Positions 1 through 14,200 of a DNA stretch of 64,000 nucleotides are shown piece by piece. The DNA comes from Cyanophora paradoxa CCMP329 (Eukaryota > Plantae > Glaucophyta): the NCBI GenBank assembly GCA_004431415.1, contig QPMI01000005.1, positions 868,001 through 932,000 on the forward strand, in the 5' to 3' direction. The notes under the pieces were generated by a model that saw only the letters and a program-made list of their open reading frames with translations, made no database searches and was not told the DNA's origin. Positions within the stretch are counted from its first letter, which is position 1. Every line of letters starts with the position of its first letter. Position numbers and translations under genes: made by a program.

Positions 1-3000
1 CTGGACCTGTCATTCACGAGCGCGCGGTCTAGCATCGGTTTTCCTCCGCCCGACGCGGCTGCAGTCTCAAGCAGCAGTTGGAAGATCACGGCACCGAAAG
101 GCTCGATAGTCGTGTTCAATTTCTCGAGCCTGTCGATAACGGAAGGCTTTGACACTGTATCGGCTCGTTCTCTTTTATCCTTGGTCTCTTTACAAAATCG
201 CTCCAGTACTGAGCATTGCGAGCAGATATACAATGGAATCGATGAAACACGAGAACGGCTGCTGCAATTTAGCGGAGATCTTACGATGCTGAAAGCTCAG
301 CTTGGCGCCACGGAAGTGTACAGCTCTCACTTGACGAGCGCTCTGCACGTCGTATTCGAAGCTGGGTCTGGTCAAATCGAAGAGGAAAACAGCATGAAGT
401 CGAGGTTTAATGCCGTAGCGTATTTCAGTGCGTTCGGTATCTCAGTTAAAATCTTCTCTTGCATTTCACATTCTGATTCCACTCGCTTTACGCAGTTCCG
501 GTTGCGCGCGTGCGTTTGCAGAGAGAAGAAACCACGATTCTTGAATGTCGGCATCCGATACTCTCGGACACGTTGCCCGCAACTGCTTGGTGCGTTTTAC
601 GTTCCAAACGTGTTTTGCGCAGACGAACAATCGTCTGATTCGCCCAACTCACAGGTTAGTGTCGACAGTGCTTGGACATCGCATTCGAATTGATACGATG
701 AATTCTTCCCTCGACAACGCTGGCGACCTGCTGACGGTGCCGTTCGAGTCGTCGAAGGGTATTAATATTACCATTTACATAAGCCTCGCTTCTGCATTAC
801 AGGTGTACGAAGGAGAGACAATCCGGCGCGAGATGACTCTCCGTGTGCTGGAAGGCACTTCTGCATCGGAGGCAGACTTCTTTCAATCCCGCATCTCAGT
901 TGCAAGCTCCTCGAATTTACTGCTGCTCACTCTGCGGCCTTCGCGATCGAACTCGAGCGCCATTTTCGAAGTACAGTCAGGCATGCGCACAAATCGCTCA
1001 CCGTAATTTGTTTGGTCTACAGCTATTAAGTGAACTCTGGGCGCAGTTGCAGAGCCGACCGAGCCGATTTCCCTCACCAACGCTTCTACTCGTGTTCGAA
1101 TCCAACGCGAAGTCAGTACTTCGTCGCGCGCGGGAAAGAAATGGTGGAGTGTTTCACGCTGCTTTGGCGACTTCATGCTTTGCATAACAGTATCCTTGAT
1201 CAGGTTGATTACAGCTCCAGAGGGCTGCTTCGCAGAGCTCGAAATTGTGAGCCTCACTGCAGTCCAGCCAGTTTCTCTTTCGGTCTGTGCTCCGTAACTC
1301 GCCTTCATTTTTTGAACGCAAATATTTTGATTCATGTTGAATACACAGATCTTCGATGGCACTGACGCAACCGCTCCCGTCATTCTGCAATTCAGCGGGA
1401 CTACCGAGCAATTGCTGGATCTTCGCTCTTCGTTGGTGCTTCGAAGCTCTGCAGGCGGCTCAAAGGCTCTGTTCGTTGTCTTCCAAGTGGAAGGCACTGG
1501 CGAGGCCGATCTGTCAGGGGCGTCTTTACTCGATTGCTGGGCGCAGTACGGTAAGGAATCGATAAACAAATCATTACCGCAGTTCGTGTAGATATCTCTT
1601 AAACCGCATGCAATTACCCCTCGCAGTCACGATCCTCAGAGCGAGCGAGACGGAGAAAACTTTGGGGGAAAGACAAGTTTACGATGTTGCGCGCAAGTGG
1701 TGCGCCCTAGAAAGCTGGCGGCCTCTCTAGTGGCCAGAGTTCCATGAAGTAAGCGCTTCTTTCCGCAGGGAGATTGTTACGTCGCCGGGCGGCCAAATTG
1801 TCCTCAAGTTCGTCAACGCAACGGCAGTTTGGAATGAGAACATTCTTGAGGTTTAATTTCTTTCCTGGATTGTTTTCACATCGATATTACCAGCATTGTG
1901 TTGAGACAGGCAGTCGCAGGTGGTGGACGACTACGGAGTGCTCCTTCGCTCCAGCGGCAATATAACAGCTTCAGATCGACCACAGCCTTTAATCTCGCGC
2001 GGGAATAAAATGACCGTTCGCTTTACCGTTAGCAGTGACTCAAACGTCAGTTCGAACAGCTTGGAAACGAACCCTCCGTCTCTCGGCGGGATTTTCGCAG
2101 AGTATTGGGCCGGTAAGCCACTCGCTTCCATTCAGTCCTCTGACTTTCTCATGCATGCGTCCTCCAGTCAACAATCTCATCAACGTGACGGAGGGCGCCA
2201 AAATGCTCGATATCTTTGACTATCGTACCTCATATGTCGATGCTTGGTGAGCGCTAGCGCTTGTCGATTGTGTATTTCAAATGAACATGTACATGATGAT
2301 TGATCGTTTACGTTCCCAGGATCTTTGAGGCTCCAGTGGGCTCCCATATGCTCTTTCATTTCGCGATTGTGCTGCTCAGAGACAGCCGCGATCGAATTGC
2401 GGTTCGAACTTTCGTTTTTTTGACTTCCGATCCCGATATCGATCTTTTCCGCAGCTGTACGAATCCCGAACTCCCCGGGAAGAGAACCTCCTCCAGCTCC
2501 GAGGCCAGAACACCGACGCTCGCACCCTTTCGCCCACTTCGAACTCTGCCTACCTCTCGTTCCGAGCCGGCGGACAAGGCCGGCGAGGGTTCAACGACGG
2601 CCTCGCCTGGGGCTTCCGCCTGTTTGCGATTGCTAGCTCACCCGACTGCCCCGTCGCGGTGCTAGAAGCCAGACCGTCGACACAATCACTTGTTGTCACG
2701 AGTTCCGATTGCAAGTCTAAATGGTATTTAGCCGCTGCACTTCTTTACGATGGCTTGAACTCAAATACTTATTTACACACTATTAATTCAGGCTAATTGA
2801 TGGCTCGCAAGTCTGGAGGCGTACAAAGTTTATACTGCAGTTGCGGCTGCAGTCAATCGCGTCTGGAATGGAGCTCTATGTGCGCGGCAGTTTCCTTTGA
2901 AATCAATAAATAAAATATTTTGAACTGGTGGCTGCAGGTGTTCGACAAAGTGGATTCCGATTTCGAGCGCGGCGCGCCTGCAGCGGCGCTTTCTATCTCA

Positions 3001-5210
3001 TCGAATACCGTTTCTCTGAATTCAGGCTTTGCCATCGTCGAATGCGCGAGCTCTGCCGGCCTGTGCTCCGATTTTGAGCTCACCTACTCTGTTGAGCGTG
3101 CGTAATACATTTCGAACCGAGCCCGCTTGCCCTCCCCCCGACGTCCACCGCAGCGGTCTCGTTTATACGAGAAGTCGAGCTGTCTCTGCCAGCTGCAGGG
3201 TCCGAGCAAGAGACCGTCGGCATAAGCCCGGAAATTGACGATGTCGGCGGGTATCTATCGCATCTCTACCAGACCTGGTCCGTACAGGAAATGCATCTGA
3301 CCGTTTAACATCTGCTTATAAATTAGTTTCGAGCAGGATCATTCGCTCACCCCCTGGAACTCGGATCGTTGCAAGCGTATATGTTTCGTCGCACGTCGAC
3401 CGCGATTTCGTCGAAATTTACGACTCGGAGCGGCTCGACCCGCAGGCCCTTCTTCTCCGAGCGAGCGGGGTGTTCGATGCTCCGGCCCACGTCGCCTCTT
3501 CATCCAATGTCACATGTATTATTTTCTCCTCCGTTGCTGGCGGTCGAACTCCAGGCTTGTTCGTCGAACTTAGAGCAGGTGCCATCGATGATGCAGCCGT
3601 TGAACTGTTCATATTTAATACCAATAATGCATGCGGCCGGTCGCAGAGAGGGCGACCTTCCTGAAGTTGTCGAATGCAGTTTCGGTTCAATCAGAGGGAA
3701 TTTCGGAATCCGAGACGAAAACATGGTGCTTAAAGCTTACAGCTGACGCCTCATTATTACTATGATAGTATACTTTTTGATAAATAAATTCGGCCTCGCA
3801 GGCTGCTTTCAGCTTCCGAGCGGGAGAGAATCTCTTTCTCGTTTGTGGTGGGAGGTGGCTGGACACGTATACAGGTACAATATTAATACGTCCAGTACTT
3901 TGCCGGGCTCGGTTCTTCCGTGGTATTCACCACTCTGCAGATCTATGATGGATGTTGTGCATCGGAGAGAGCTCTTTATTCGAAGCTGTCCAATGTGGTT
4001 GTGGCGACTCCAGAAGTGACCATACAAAGCACCGGAAACTTGCTTCTGATTGTTTTCGAATCCGGAGGCGGCTGGATCAACGCAACATACAGTATCGGTT
4101 CGCTGAGCAGCAGTTTCGATTTCTCGACTCTCCGGGGGCGCTAATGTCTCAGTAGAGCTCTTCAACGTCTCGGCGTACACTTCACTAATTTGTTCTGATG
4201 AGTCGCAATCCTTCGTCTTTGACATGAGCGAGACTTCACTGAATGCGTCACGATCACCGTCTGAGAGTTGGTCGGCGCTCTCACAACAAAGAGATTCGTT
4301 GATATTGCTTTGCGCGACCTCTCATCCTTTCTTTAGGTTGATTCAATCAAATCCGGGAACTTTGCCCTTGCTCGTCTTTAAGACCGTGTTCATAGAAGAA
4401 GACCTGGAAATCCTTGCCGTGCGCTCATTTTACTTCAGCTGTGGATATTAGACACAGCTTCAATCTGAACCCGGTAACGCATACAGGTTTACGACGACTC
4501 GTGGCCAAATCCCTCGAAGTTACGCCAGAAAATAAACGGAGAGGCTGCAAGCGAGTCCTTGTTAATTCGAGGGACTTCAGAGTCGATGTTCGTCCTCTTT
4601 GTTGCATCCGCATCCGGGGCCCTATCGGCTGGTATCAAGTTCGAGGCCGAGTATCGGTCATGTGAGTGTTAACGCTTACCGCTTTTCCGCTTGATTCTTA
4701 TTTCTTTTATACAGACGATCCGCTTGCGCTGGAGTCGCGGGCCTCCTTCGTAGTGTCTCTCGACGCAGAGCCAGAGCGATCGTACACTCTTCTGGGTTTT
4801 GAGCGTCATTGCGTACATCAGGATTCAAAGAGCTGGTGCAAACTAAATATTATGATTCGCAGTTTTGAATAGCGTATTGACACCTTGTCGCTGCTAGGGC
4901 TGTGCGGTCAACACAAGGGCCGATAGCCTTCCAGCTGCTGCAGACTTCGCTTGCGAACGACTCTGTAATCAAGGTTTGTGATGTACGCTCGCTCGTCAAA
5001 TTGCAAGCCCCGGCTAACGAAGCCCGCGAAGGTGTACGACTCGTCGGATCCCGCGCACTCCGTCGAGATCGGGAGCTTCGTCGGAAGCAATGCGACGGGG
5101 CGGCCGCTCGTCGTCTCTCCTTCGGCGAGCCTCCTCGTCGTTCTGCGCTGCAACGCAGGCGCCTAAGCTATCGACGGGAGCTTTTTGGCGAAAGTGTGGC
5201 AAGGTTCGCC
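1..5210 (+). other. Exons encoding tandem CUB-like domains of the host gene
   Basis: Repeated CUB-type peptides: WKITAPKGSIVVFNFSSLSITEGFDTV..IYNG, QIFDGTDATAPVILQFSG, ISRGNKMTVRFTVSSDS, QIYDGCC, VYDSSDP..GSFVGS. Confidence 0.65.
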
Positions 5211-8200
5211 ATACAAGCATTTAGGCGCTGGCGTGCTTGTTTGCTCATGAAACTCCGCATGCAACCTTAAATACAGTTTGCGATGAGAACATTGTGATGC
5301 ACGCGGACCTTCGACATATCGAAGAGACCACCACGGCTCAGAATATAGAAGGCGTTGCTTTGCAGTATTTCGAAGATGACGACGCGTGCTGGGCTATGCG
5401 TGCGTCCTTCGAATTTCTTGGCACTGCGGAGTTTCTATTTGCTAATTTGCAATATCGAACTCTTTTCTTAGCTCCTCGCCGGGAAATGTTGAATTTACAG
5501 GGGCTAAATCGAACGAGCCGAATGCCCAAGGCGACAGTTCCGGGCTCGTTCACCGTCTTTCCGGTTCGAGCTTTCGTGCGACTTTTTGAGTGATGCTGCC
5601 ACTGACAAAAGCTCCTCGCAGCTTCCTGCTAATCAAGGGTCATTCTTCAAGGCTACAATAGCTCTCACGACACCAGCTGAAGCGTCACAGGAGTGGCTTT
5701 CGACCCTCAGCTTCGCGTTCGGGAGCATGCCCAGCTCGATGTGCAAGGACGGGCAGTCGTATAGGCAGCTACGATCCTTCTACTCCGCTGACTCGGGATC
5801 CCTCACGGTGCATGCTGTTGCATTCTTGAACAATGTCTGAAATTAATGAAATTTATCAGGGGGTCTCCGTGGCTCTGCGCTTTGATGACCGCGCCCCTGC
5901 GTCGCCGCTGGTGTCCGACGTGCGGCCTGGCGTTGGAGCGTACGACGGCAGCCGCACGCGCGGCTTCAAAACCCAGCGGGCTTCCTTGCCGACATCAGTC
6001 GAGACGTTCTATCCGGCAGTCATCGACGCCCGACCAAACGTGACGGATGCCGTGTCATCCCTCCGGCAATGGCGAGCGCACATGTGGCTGGCGCCGATCG
6101 CGTCGGATCCGAAGCGCGCGGAGCTCACCTTTTCTACCAGCACCGCTGACGGGAGCGGGAGCACCTTGATGAGCAGGTTATAATCGCGTTTGGTCGAGTT
6201 TCGGTAAATGAGCTTCGAATTGTGCTAATTGCGCTTTCTTTTCGAGCAGAAGAGTTGTTCAGAATACCTTGGGATTGTCGCAAAATCTGGCGTTTATTGT
6301 GGGGGCTCGCGCATCGGTGAGTTACTCTCTTGCTTAAAGTTTGTGTATTTAAATGAACGATTCCTTTTTCTGCGCTCGACTTGCAGACCGTTATAAAGAT
6401 AGACAGCGTTGCAATTGTAAGAGGTGCGCATCGGTATTTGTTTTTGATTCGGAAGTGGCGGTTTTACGGAGCTTCGCGTGCGCAGCTGGTAGCATATCGT
6501 CTGTCTTCAGAAACCGCGGCGCAATGGAGGGCGGCAACATCGTGACGATCGCCGGTTAGAGCTTGGTTTTCATTGCGCATTTTGCCTTCGAATTCTCTTC
6601 ACATCTTATTGATCTCAATCATCTTGTCCAACGCGAAGGTGAGCGGCTCGGAGTAGACACGACGCCATCCGATATCTACCGCGTCGATCTTTGCGGCGTG
6701 CCTGCCCAAGAGATCGTGCGCGCTGGCCTGAACCGATTGCTTGCGTTTGAAGTCTGACAGTTTCCCAGGTGTTCAGTAACAGCTCCCTCGTTGTTGTGCG
6801 GGCAGGAAACGCGCGGAGGGTCGCGCTGTCGCAGTTTACAGGCGAGGTGGCCGTCTACTCGAGACTCTTCGCTCGCACGATCAGCTCTCCTGGGGCGTAT
6901 TCGTATCTGGATCGTGCGTTGATATTTGCTCAAGCATAGCTTGCAATAGAATCGCGTAGCATTAAACACTCACGGCGGGTGGTCAGCTGGAATAATTACG
7001 TCCGTTGAGCCATTCTATTTCGGACCCTACCACGGCGGAAACATTGGTTCGCATGCACTTCCTTCTGCGAGAACTGAAAACAGAGGCGGCTGATCGAACA
7101 CAAATTCGCACAGTCACGATAAACGGCGAGTCTTTCGCGGAAGTGTGGGACTCAGTTTCGGAAGTGCGCTTCGGGAACGCCAGCGCCCTCATCCTGCAGG
7201 ACCCGCCTCCCTCGGACCGCATGGTGGTGGTCGTCGCCCCGCCGCTCGCGATCAACGCGACATCAGGGGCGCCTGTCGCCATTTCCGTCTCGTCTGCCTC
7301 GCGCGGCAGCACCGAAGTCGAAGGCTGCTCGCGTTGCACGTACATTTACAACCCGGCCTGCGAGATCCTTTCCGTCTCTCCAGCCAGTGGCAAGCTAGCG
7401 GGCGGCTCGACGGTGACTCTCTCCGGCAAGTTCTACGACCCGACAACCGTGGAATCCGCGAGCCTTGCAGGAGTCGCGGTCGATGCAGCCCGCGGGATCG
7501 CGAGCCGCCTTTCGGAATCTCTGGTTCTAATTACGAGTTCTGGCTCAAGCATTGATCCCGGCCGAATCGACGTCTGGTCCTCGTCGCACGGAAACTGCAC
7601 TGGCGACGTTCTCTTCAAGTACAACGAGCCTCCTCGTGTGCTTTCGATCGCTCCGGACCACGGGCCTCGGAACGTGGCGCAGGCCAGCGTCACAATCACC
7701 GGAGACATGCTTGCTGACGATATCGCCGATGTTGTGTCCGTTCAGCTGATTTGTGGCGACGAAGCACTTTCAGCAGAGGTTCTGCGGGCGAACGCATCGA
7801 CTTTGGTGATTGCAATGCCTGCACTCGCCAGTCGCCTGGACACCTCGCGGACAGCACAGTGCAGCGTCGTTACGGAGTCTGTCAGTTTTGGAATTGGTGT
7901 CCTCGACAACGCCTTCCAGTTCCACGCTGCCCCAGGCGTGTACTCGGCGCAGGTCGTTGCTCCAGCGGCGAGCGACGATGACCCAACGCTCTTGGAAGTG
8001 ACCGTGGTGGATGTTGACTTCTCGGTCGCTCTTCTTAGCGCCTGCGGCCTTCCTTGCGTCGTTGTGGATCAAGAGAAACTCCAGCCGCGCGAGGGCTCGG
8101 TGAAAGTCAATGCGGCTGCCTACAGGTGTGCATGCTTTATTATCACTTTACTGTTCGGTCACAAACGTTTGATTGACATTGTGGTTGCAGGATTCCCGCC

Positions 8201-11200
8201 CCGCTCAGAAGCAGCATTGCTCTGGGAGACGTCTCAGTCCAGTTTCAGGCAGTTCCCTTCTGCTCCGTGCTGTCCGCGTTGCCTGCGTTCGGCAATCTCG
8301 ACGGCGGCACACAGCTTGTCGTCTCAGTCGATTCGGCTTTACCCGAAAACAGCGTGGTTGCGACGCAAGTGTTCCTAGCGGGAGTTGAAGCCAATATCAA
8401 GGCTCAGTCGAATCACTCCGTCTCTGTTACCGCTGCAGCGTCAACTAGCAGCGCTTCGTTTGTTGGGGCGGTGCTCGTCAGAGTTTTGACTGGAGAGTGG
8501 TGTGTCCCTTCTTCGGATGCGCGATTCGCGTACCGTGGAAAGGGCAGGATCGAGAACATTGTGCCTCAACATGGACCCAATCTTGGCGGAGTGCGTGCAG
8601 TCCGTGGAATGTAATAGTTGCTGCGCATCCTATAGCTGATCTTTGTACCGCAGTACCCAGTATCTGTGATAGGATGCGACATAGCAGACGATGCAGATGA
8701 CATAGCTCAGTTCACCTTGGAGTGCTCAGGCGCAAGCCCCGTTGCAATTGCATCGGACGATTACGAATGGCTAGGTCCGGAGCAGCTTGCAGGGCAAGAA
8801 GAATGGGCTTTCATCAACACGACGTGCCCTCTCGAGCTCCGCACGGCCCTCATGATCTGGAATATGCCTCCGGCCGCGTCTTCCCTGCAGCAGTCATGTA
8901 TTCTACGCGTCGTTTCATCAGCCCGCGGCTTCATTGTTTCCCCGTCTGCTTTTGCCTACCATGCTGGTGCGCATCGTCGATATGCACACGTTGTAATACA
9001 ATCCCACCGCTGGGCGCAGCCGCTGGCTTTGCATCCGGGCCCGAGCCGGCAAGAGGCTACATAGAGGGAGGGACCCTCGTGACTCTCACTGGCGTCGACC
9101 TGTTAGATACAATCCCGACATCTTTCAACAGAAGCGGTGCTGAAGCAGATTCGATCCCCGTCTTCACTTTGGCTGGTGTCGCAGCTCCACTGCAGTCGAT
9201 AACGGTTCTTGACGAAACGCGTGGGGAAATACAAGTGATAGTTCAAACGGGAAGGCGCGTTGACGAATCAAAGTGTCTATACCAGTGTATTTTATAATTA
9301 ACACTTACAAATTTGCACACAGGCTGGATGAGTCTCTGTTAGCTTCAAGCTTCGATTCTGAAGTCCACGCGTACGTGCACGGTCCAGCAACTTCGAGTGA
9401 AAGCGAAAGATCATTTACAAGTTCAGCAAATTTCACCTACGAGGTGCGCATTTTTGCAATTGCAAGTGTTGTGTTTGCATTCTTCAAACCGTTTCGGGGC
9501 TTACGCGGGCTTTTCGTAGGGAATTTACGCTGTCGCTCCGAAATTCCTCCCCATTGATGCGGCCTCGAGGCTGATTACGATCTTCGGGCTCGGCCTCCTC
9601 TCGGGAACTGCTGGAGACAGCATATATGCGAGAACGCCAGGCGTCACGGTTGCGGGCTTTGCCTGTGATGTCGAATACTCCGATGAGCGGGGCGCCGACC
9701 GCGCATCTCTTCTTGTGACGCTCCCGAGCGCTGCATCGCTTTTCGCAGCAGGCGTCCGGACAGGGCCGGTCGAGCTCGCTGTCACAGTGACCCGCGGTGG
9801 GCGTGCCTTCCGAACAGCGCGCCGAGAGGCATTTCAGTTCGTCGGGATCGACGAGATATATCCAGGAGCGTGTTCCGTTGCCGGAAACGCGACTGTCGTT
9901 GTCAGAGGTGCTTCTTCTATGCATATGAATTTCAGCTCTGCGATATAATTAAAGTCGCGCTCTTAAGGCACGTCCCTCACGCCATCTTCGAATCCGAGCG
10001 ACTACGTCGTATCGATTGGAGAAGCGAGTCTCACCGTTGTGGGCGTTGACGTCAACTCGTCCTCGATCTTTGCATTCGTCCCGGCTTATCCCCAATTTGC
10101 GATGAGCTCCGGCGTATACGATGTCTCCGTCCGAGTCAGCGCCCAGTCAGGCGTCGCCACCCTCATTCGTCCCTCAGCGTTTACGGTGTACGGAATCGAT
10201 GCCGTTTCGCCTCAAGAAGGGCCGCTGGAAGGCGGGACGCCTGTGACCCTTGCAGGAGTCTGGCCCGCCGGATCCCCTACATGCTCCATCAAAGGCGTAT
10301 CAGCAATCGTCGAGCCGATCTCCAGCTCAGAATCAGCTCTGCCACAACCAGCGTACCAGCGCCGAGAGATTGTTGTGTCAACCGGAGACGCACGCACCGC
10401 TGGTGTATCTGCCGGCAACGGCTCTGTTTCGTGCCTCGTGGATGGGACGGCTGTCGTCTCCCAAGGACCCCGCGGCTCGTTCACGTACACGGGCGTCCAT
10501 GCGATCCAGCCGGCAACGGTGGATCTGTCGGAAGCGAAGACGGTGCGCGCCTATGACTGTGCCCATAAGCTACTGGAGCTGAAAGGTTTTGCAGATTACC
10601 CTCTTCGGCGCGCACCTCGTCTCAAGCGTTGAACGGGCGACGGTCGTCGTGTCGATGGACAGAAGCCAAGTCCGCTTGCTGCCCGTCGACTCTGCAGCGC
10701 TGCGCCTGTCGACTCTGTCGAACGACGGCTCCCACGTGCGCACTGTTTCTACGGTCGGTTTTTCATCGGCGTTGATTTTGTGCTCAGGAGCTGGAAGTTT
10801 CCCTGCCCGACACATCGTCACTTGGAACCGGGCGCCTCGGTGTCACGATTGCAGACGGCCTCTACGGAAAGACGACGACAGCAGCTTTCGGCGGCGTCGA
10901 GGTCCGAGGTATTGACAAGATTACTCCATCGGAAGGTTCGCTTTCTCTATGCAGCCCGCTCCTTGTAATTGCTGTTATTGTTCACCTATAGATAATCGTG
11001 CACGTGCGCGTGCAGGATCTGTGCGCGGCGGGGAGCGCGTCACCATTCTTGGTCGGGGCATGGCGAACTCTGACTTGGGGAATATTACGGTCTCCCTGGG
11101 AGGCACTCCCGCGCGCGTCATCGCTGTAAGGACCGTCTCAGAAGTGCAGCTGATCGAAGTGGAAACCGGCTCTGTCTGCAACACCCGTCCTCTGCGCAAC

Positions 11201-14200
11201 GCAGTCGGCGGTCTCGTCCGCGTCGATATATCGTCGGGCTACGGGATACACCAGCGTGCTCGTGTATTCACGTACTCGGGCCTGTGTCATGATTCGGAAA
11301 CCGACGCGACCGATCTCGCGAGCGCTTATGATGACGGCTCCGCGCTTGTTTTCGCGTTCAGCATCCCCTTTGAGGAGGCGCGCCTGGAGTCGCCTCGGCA
11401 TGTGAACTTTGTCCTCAGGACGCTGGGCGAAGCTCTCGGAGTCCCGGCAACGAGTCTCCGCGTCTCTCTGATGATTACTGGATCCACAAAGTTCTTCGTC
11501 CAAATCGCAGACGAATCCCTTGCAACTGCAATCTCCCAAGCGTTCGAGGTACGCCACTCCTGCCGTTTAAAAATCCAACGAATTGGAGTATGTATTGACC
11601 ACTGCCTGTCAGTCTCTCCTCGCGGTCAACGGGCTTCAAACTCTTTTCATCGATCCCGAATACAATCTGGTCCAGCAGCCGAGCCTGATCAGCGGCTCGC
11701 AGTCGGCGTTGCTGCCAGCGCGCTGGGGCTGCAGCCGTCATTACGCGGCTGGAGACGGATGCGACTGCGGGTGCGGCTCGTTCGACGAGGACTGCGCAAC
11801 CATCGCAGGCCTTGCCGTGGCGGATGTCGTGTGCTCCACCACAGGATCAAGGTGCGATTTTTCTGTGGCGCAATTGCGAGGAAAAGTGATGCGCAGCTTA
11901 TTTTCTTCGACTGCAGATATCCTGCCGTGTTCGAGTCCAACGACACCGCGACTGTTGGTCCCTGTGCTTTCTGTCCAGTTCCCGTTCCCGCAGCTTTGGA
12001 AGCGAGCGCTGGTGTTGAGCGGGTATTCGTTTGGTACTCGCCTCTTCGCTGTTCCGGAGGCGTTTGTTGGGGCGGCGACGATATGCTTAACGACGGCTCT
12101 TATGAGAGGCCCTTCGAGACCATTGCAAGGGCGCTGCGCCGCGCCGCCGGCGCCGCTCGCACCGTCGTCTTGATGCCGGGTCGGCACGAGGCGTCTTCTT
12201 GTCGATCAGGATTCTGGACGGCAGTGTCCGACGAGGGCAAGGCGACCGACCTGCGAATCACATCCCTCAGCGGGGCTGCATTTACGATCAATGACATGGC
12301 AGGAGGGTGCGGCTTCGCAAACATCACGCTGCTGCATCCAGGCAGCCGTCTCGCGGTTTCAGGCATCACGTTTGTGGGAGGCATCTCAGGTCCTGTACTG
12401 CATGTGTCGGCCGTAGACAGGACGCAAATCTCCATACACGATTGCGTCTTCGATGGCTCTGGAACCGACGATCTCGCCAACGCCAGCGCTTCTGATTCCT
12501 TAAGTTCGAGACTTGGCCGCGGGATAATCGTTGCTGAGGGCGGCGGCGCGCTGCGCATCAACCGCACCTCGTTTGTCAATCTGCGCAATCACCGCATGCA
12601 AAGCGCGGTGGGTGTATCGCGGGTCGTTGAAATTTTCGTGGAAAGCTCTATCTTCTCAGGCAATCGTTTCGCGGGGCCCGGGGCTGCGCTCTCAGCAGAG
12701 CAAGCCGGCACAGTCCATATCGTGTCCAGTCATTTCGCTGACAACGAAGCTGACGAGTGAGCTGTCAATATCATTGGCAGATTGCGCGTTCTATTGACGC
12801 AGGCGCTTGGCAGACCGGCAGGAGGCGGGTGCCATGTAGCCGCTGACCTCGTCGAGATCAGCGACAGCACTTTCGAGAGGAACAGAGCTGGTGTTGGGCT
12901 CAGCGAAATCTCAGAAGAGAGAGGGGGCGGCGCCCTGTCTGTTCGTCTCGAGTCATCCGCCGTCCAAGTCCGTTTCTCGCCTTTGCTTGAATGCGTAAAT
13001 TTGGCGAGCTTTCTCTGACTCGAGCTCGGATACTTCCAGGTCATTTTGCAGCGCACTGCATTTGTCCGCAACGCGATCGAAAACGAAGGCGGTACCGCTG
13101 GCGGCGGGGCTGTGAGCGTCGTCGGCCCTGCAGACGCGTTCTCGAAGAGCTCCGTCCTGGTTGAAAACTGCTCGTTTGTGGCGAACTCGGTAAGAATATG
13201 ACGAAGTCTTCTTATGTTATTACAACGACACTGCTATCATGCAACTGCTCGCGCTGACATATACGTGATCTCAGGCGTCTAGGCACGGGGGGGCGATTCG
13301 AATCGCAGGCATACCGGGCGCATCCGTCGTGCAGTCGAACTTCACAGGCAATGGGATAAGTTGGTGTCCACTCCAGTGCAACGACGAGGACACGTCCGCA
13401 AGCGCCGTGGCCGGGCTTCTCTTTGGAGGCGGGGCGCTACAGATTGCCGGCCGCACGCGGGATCCGAAGAGCGTCCTCGACGTGCTCGGCTCATACTTCT
13501 TCAACAACTCGGACACGGCGTGCGGATCAGGGCTAGCTGCGGGTCTGGGCCAGTCGTTCGGTGCAGATTCCGGAGGAGGCTCCATTCTCGGACAGCAGCT
13601 TCAGTGGCTCTCGGTCACGTCGACAGCCTTCGTCGGCAGTCGCGCCCTCGGATCCGGCGGCTCCATTTTGCTCACTGGGTATCCGTATCCAAGTGATAAT
13701 CCGGAGATCGTCATTAAGGGCGTCACATTCGCAAATAGCAGCTGCGGTATGGACGGCGGCGCCCTCTTTGTACCAGACTACATCGCACGATTGCAAGTCT
13801 CAGCATCGGAATTCGTCGGTTGCAGCGGCCTCGGCGCTGGTGGAGCGCTTGTCTCCAAGGCCGCATCGACATCGGTGGAGGGCGCGTCTTTCTCCGACTG
13901 TGGAGAGAAAGGCTGGACGCAAGGAGGCGCAATGTACATCGAGCATAGATCGTCGACAACGATCAGGCGGACGTCGATCGCCGGCAGCCGGGGACGGCAG
14001 GCGGGCGCGCTCGTTTTAGCGGCAGGCGCCGCGGGCTCGTCCACCAAGTCGCCCTTCGCCGCTTCTCTGATGAAGTGCGGGGCGAACCGCGAAACTGCTT
14101 CCGGTCTCGGCTCCGGCAAGGCCCAGGCAGGTGGAGGGGTGGTCCTGGAAGACGTCGACGTCACAGATGCTCAAGCCACCGACTACGGTGGGGCGCTGGT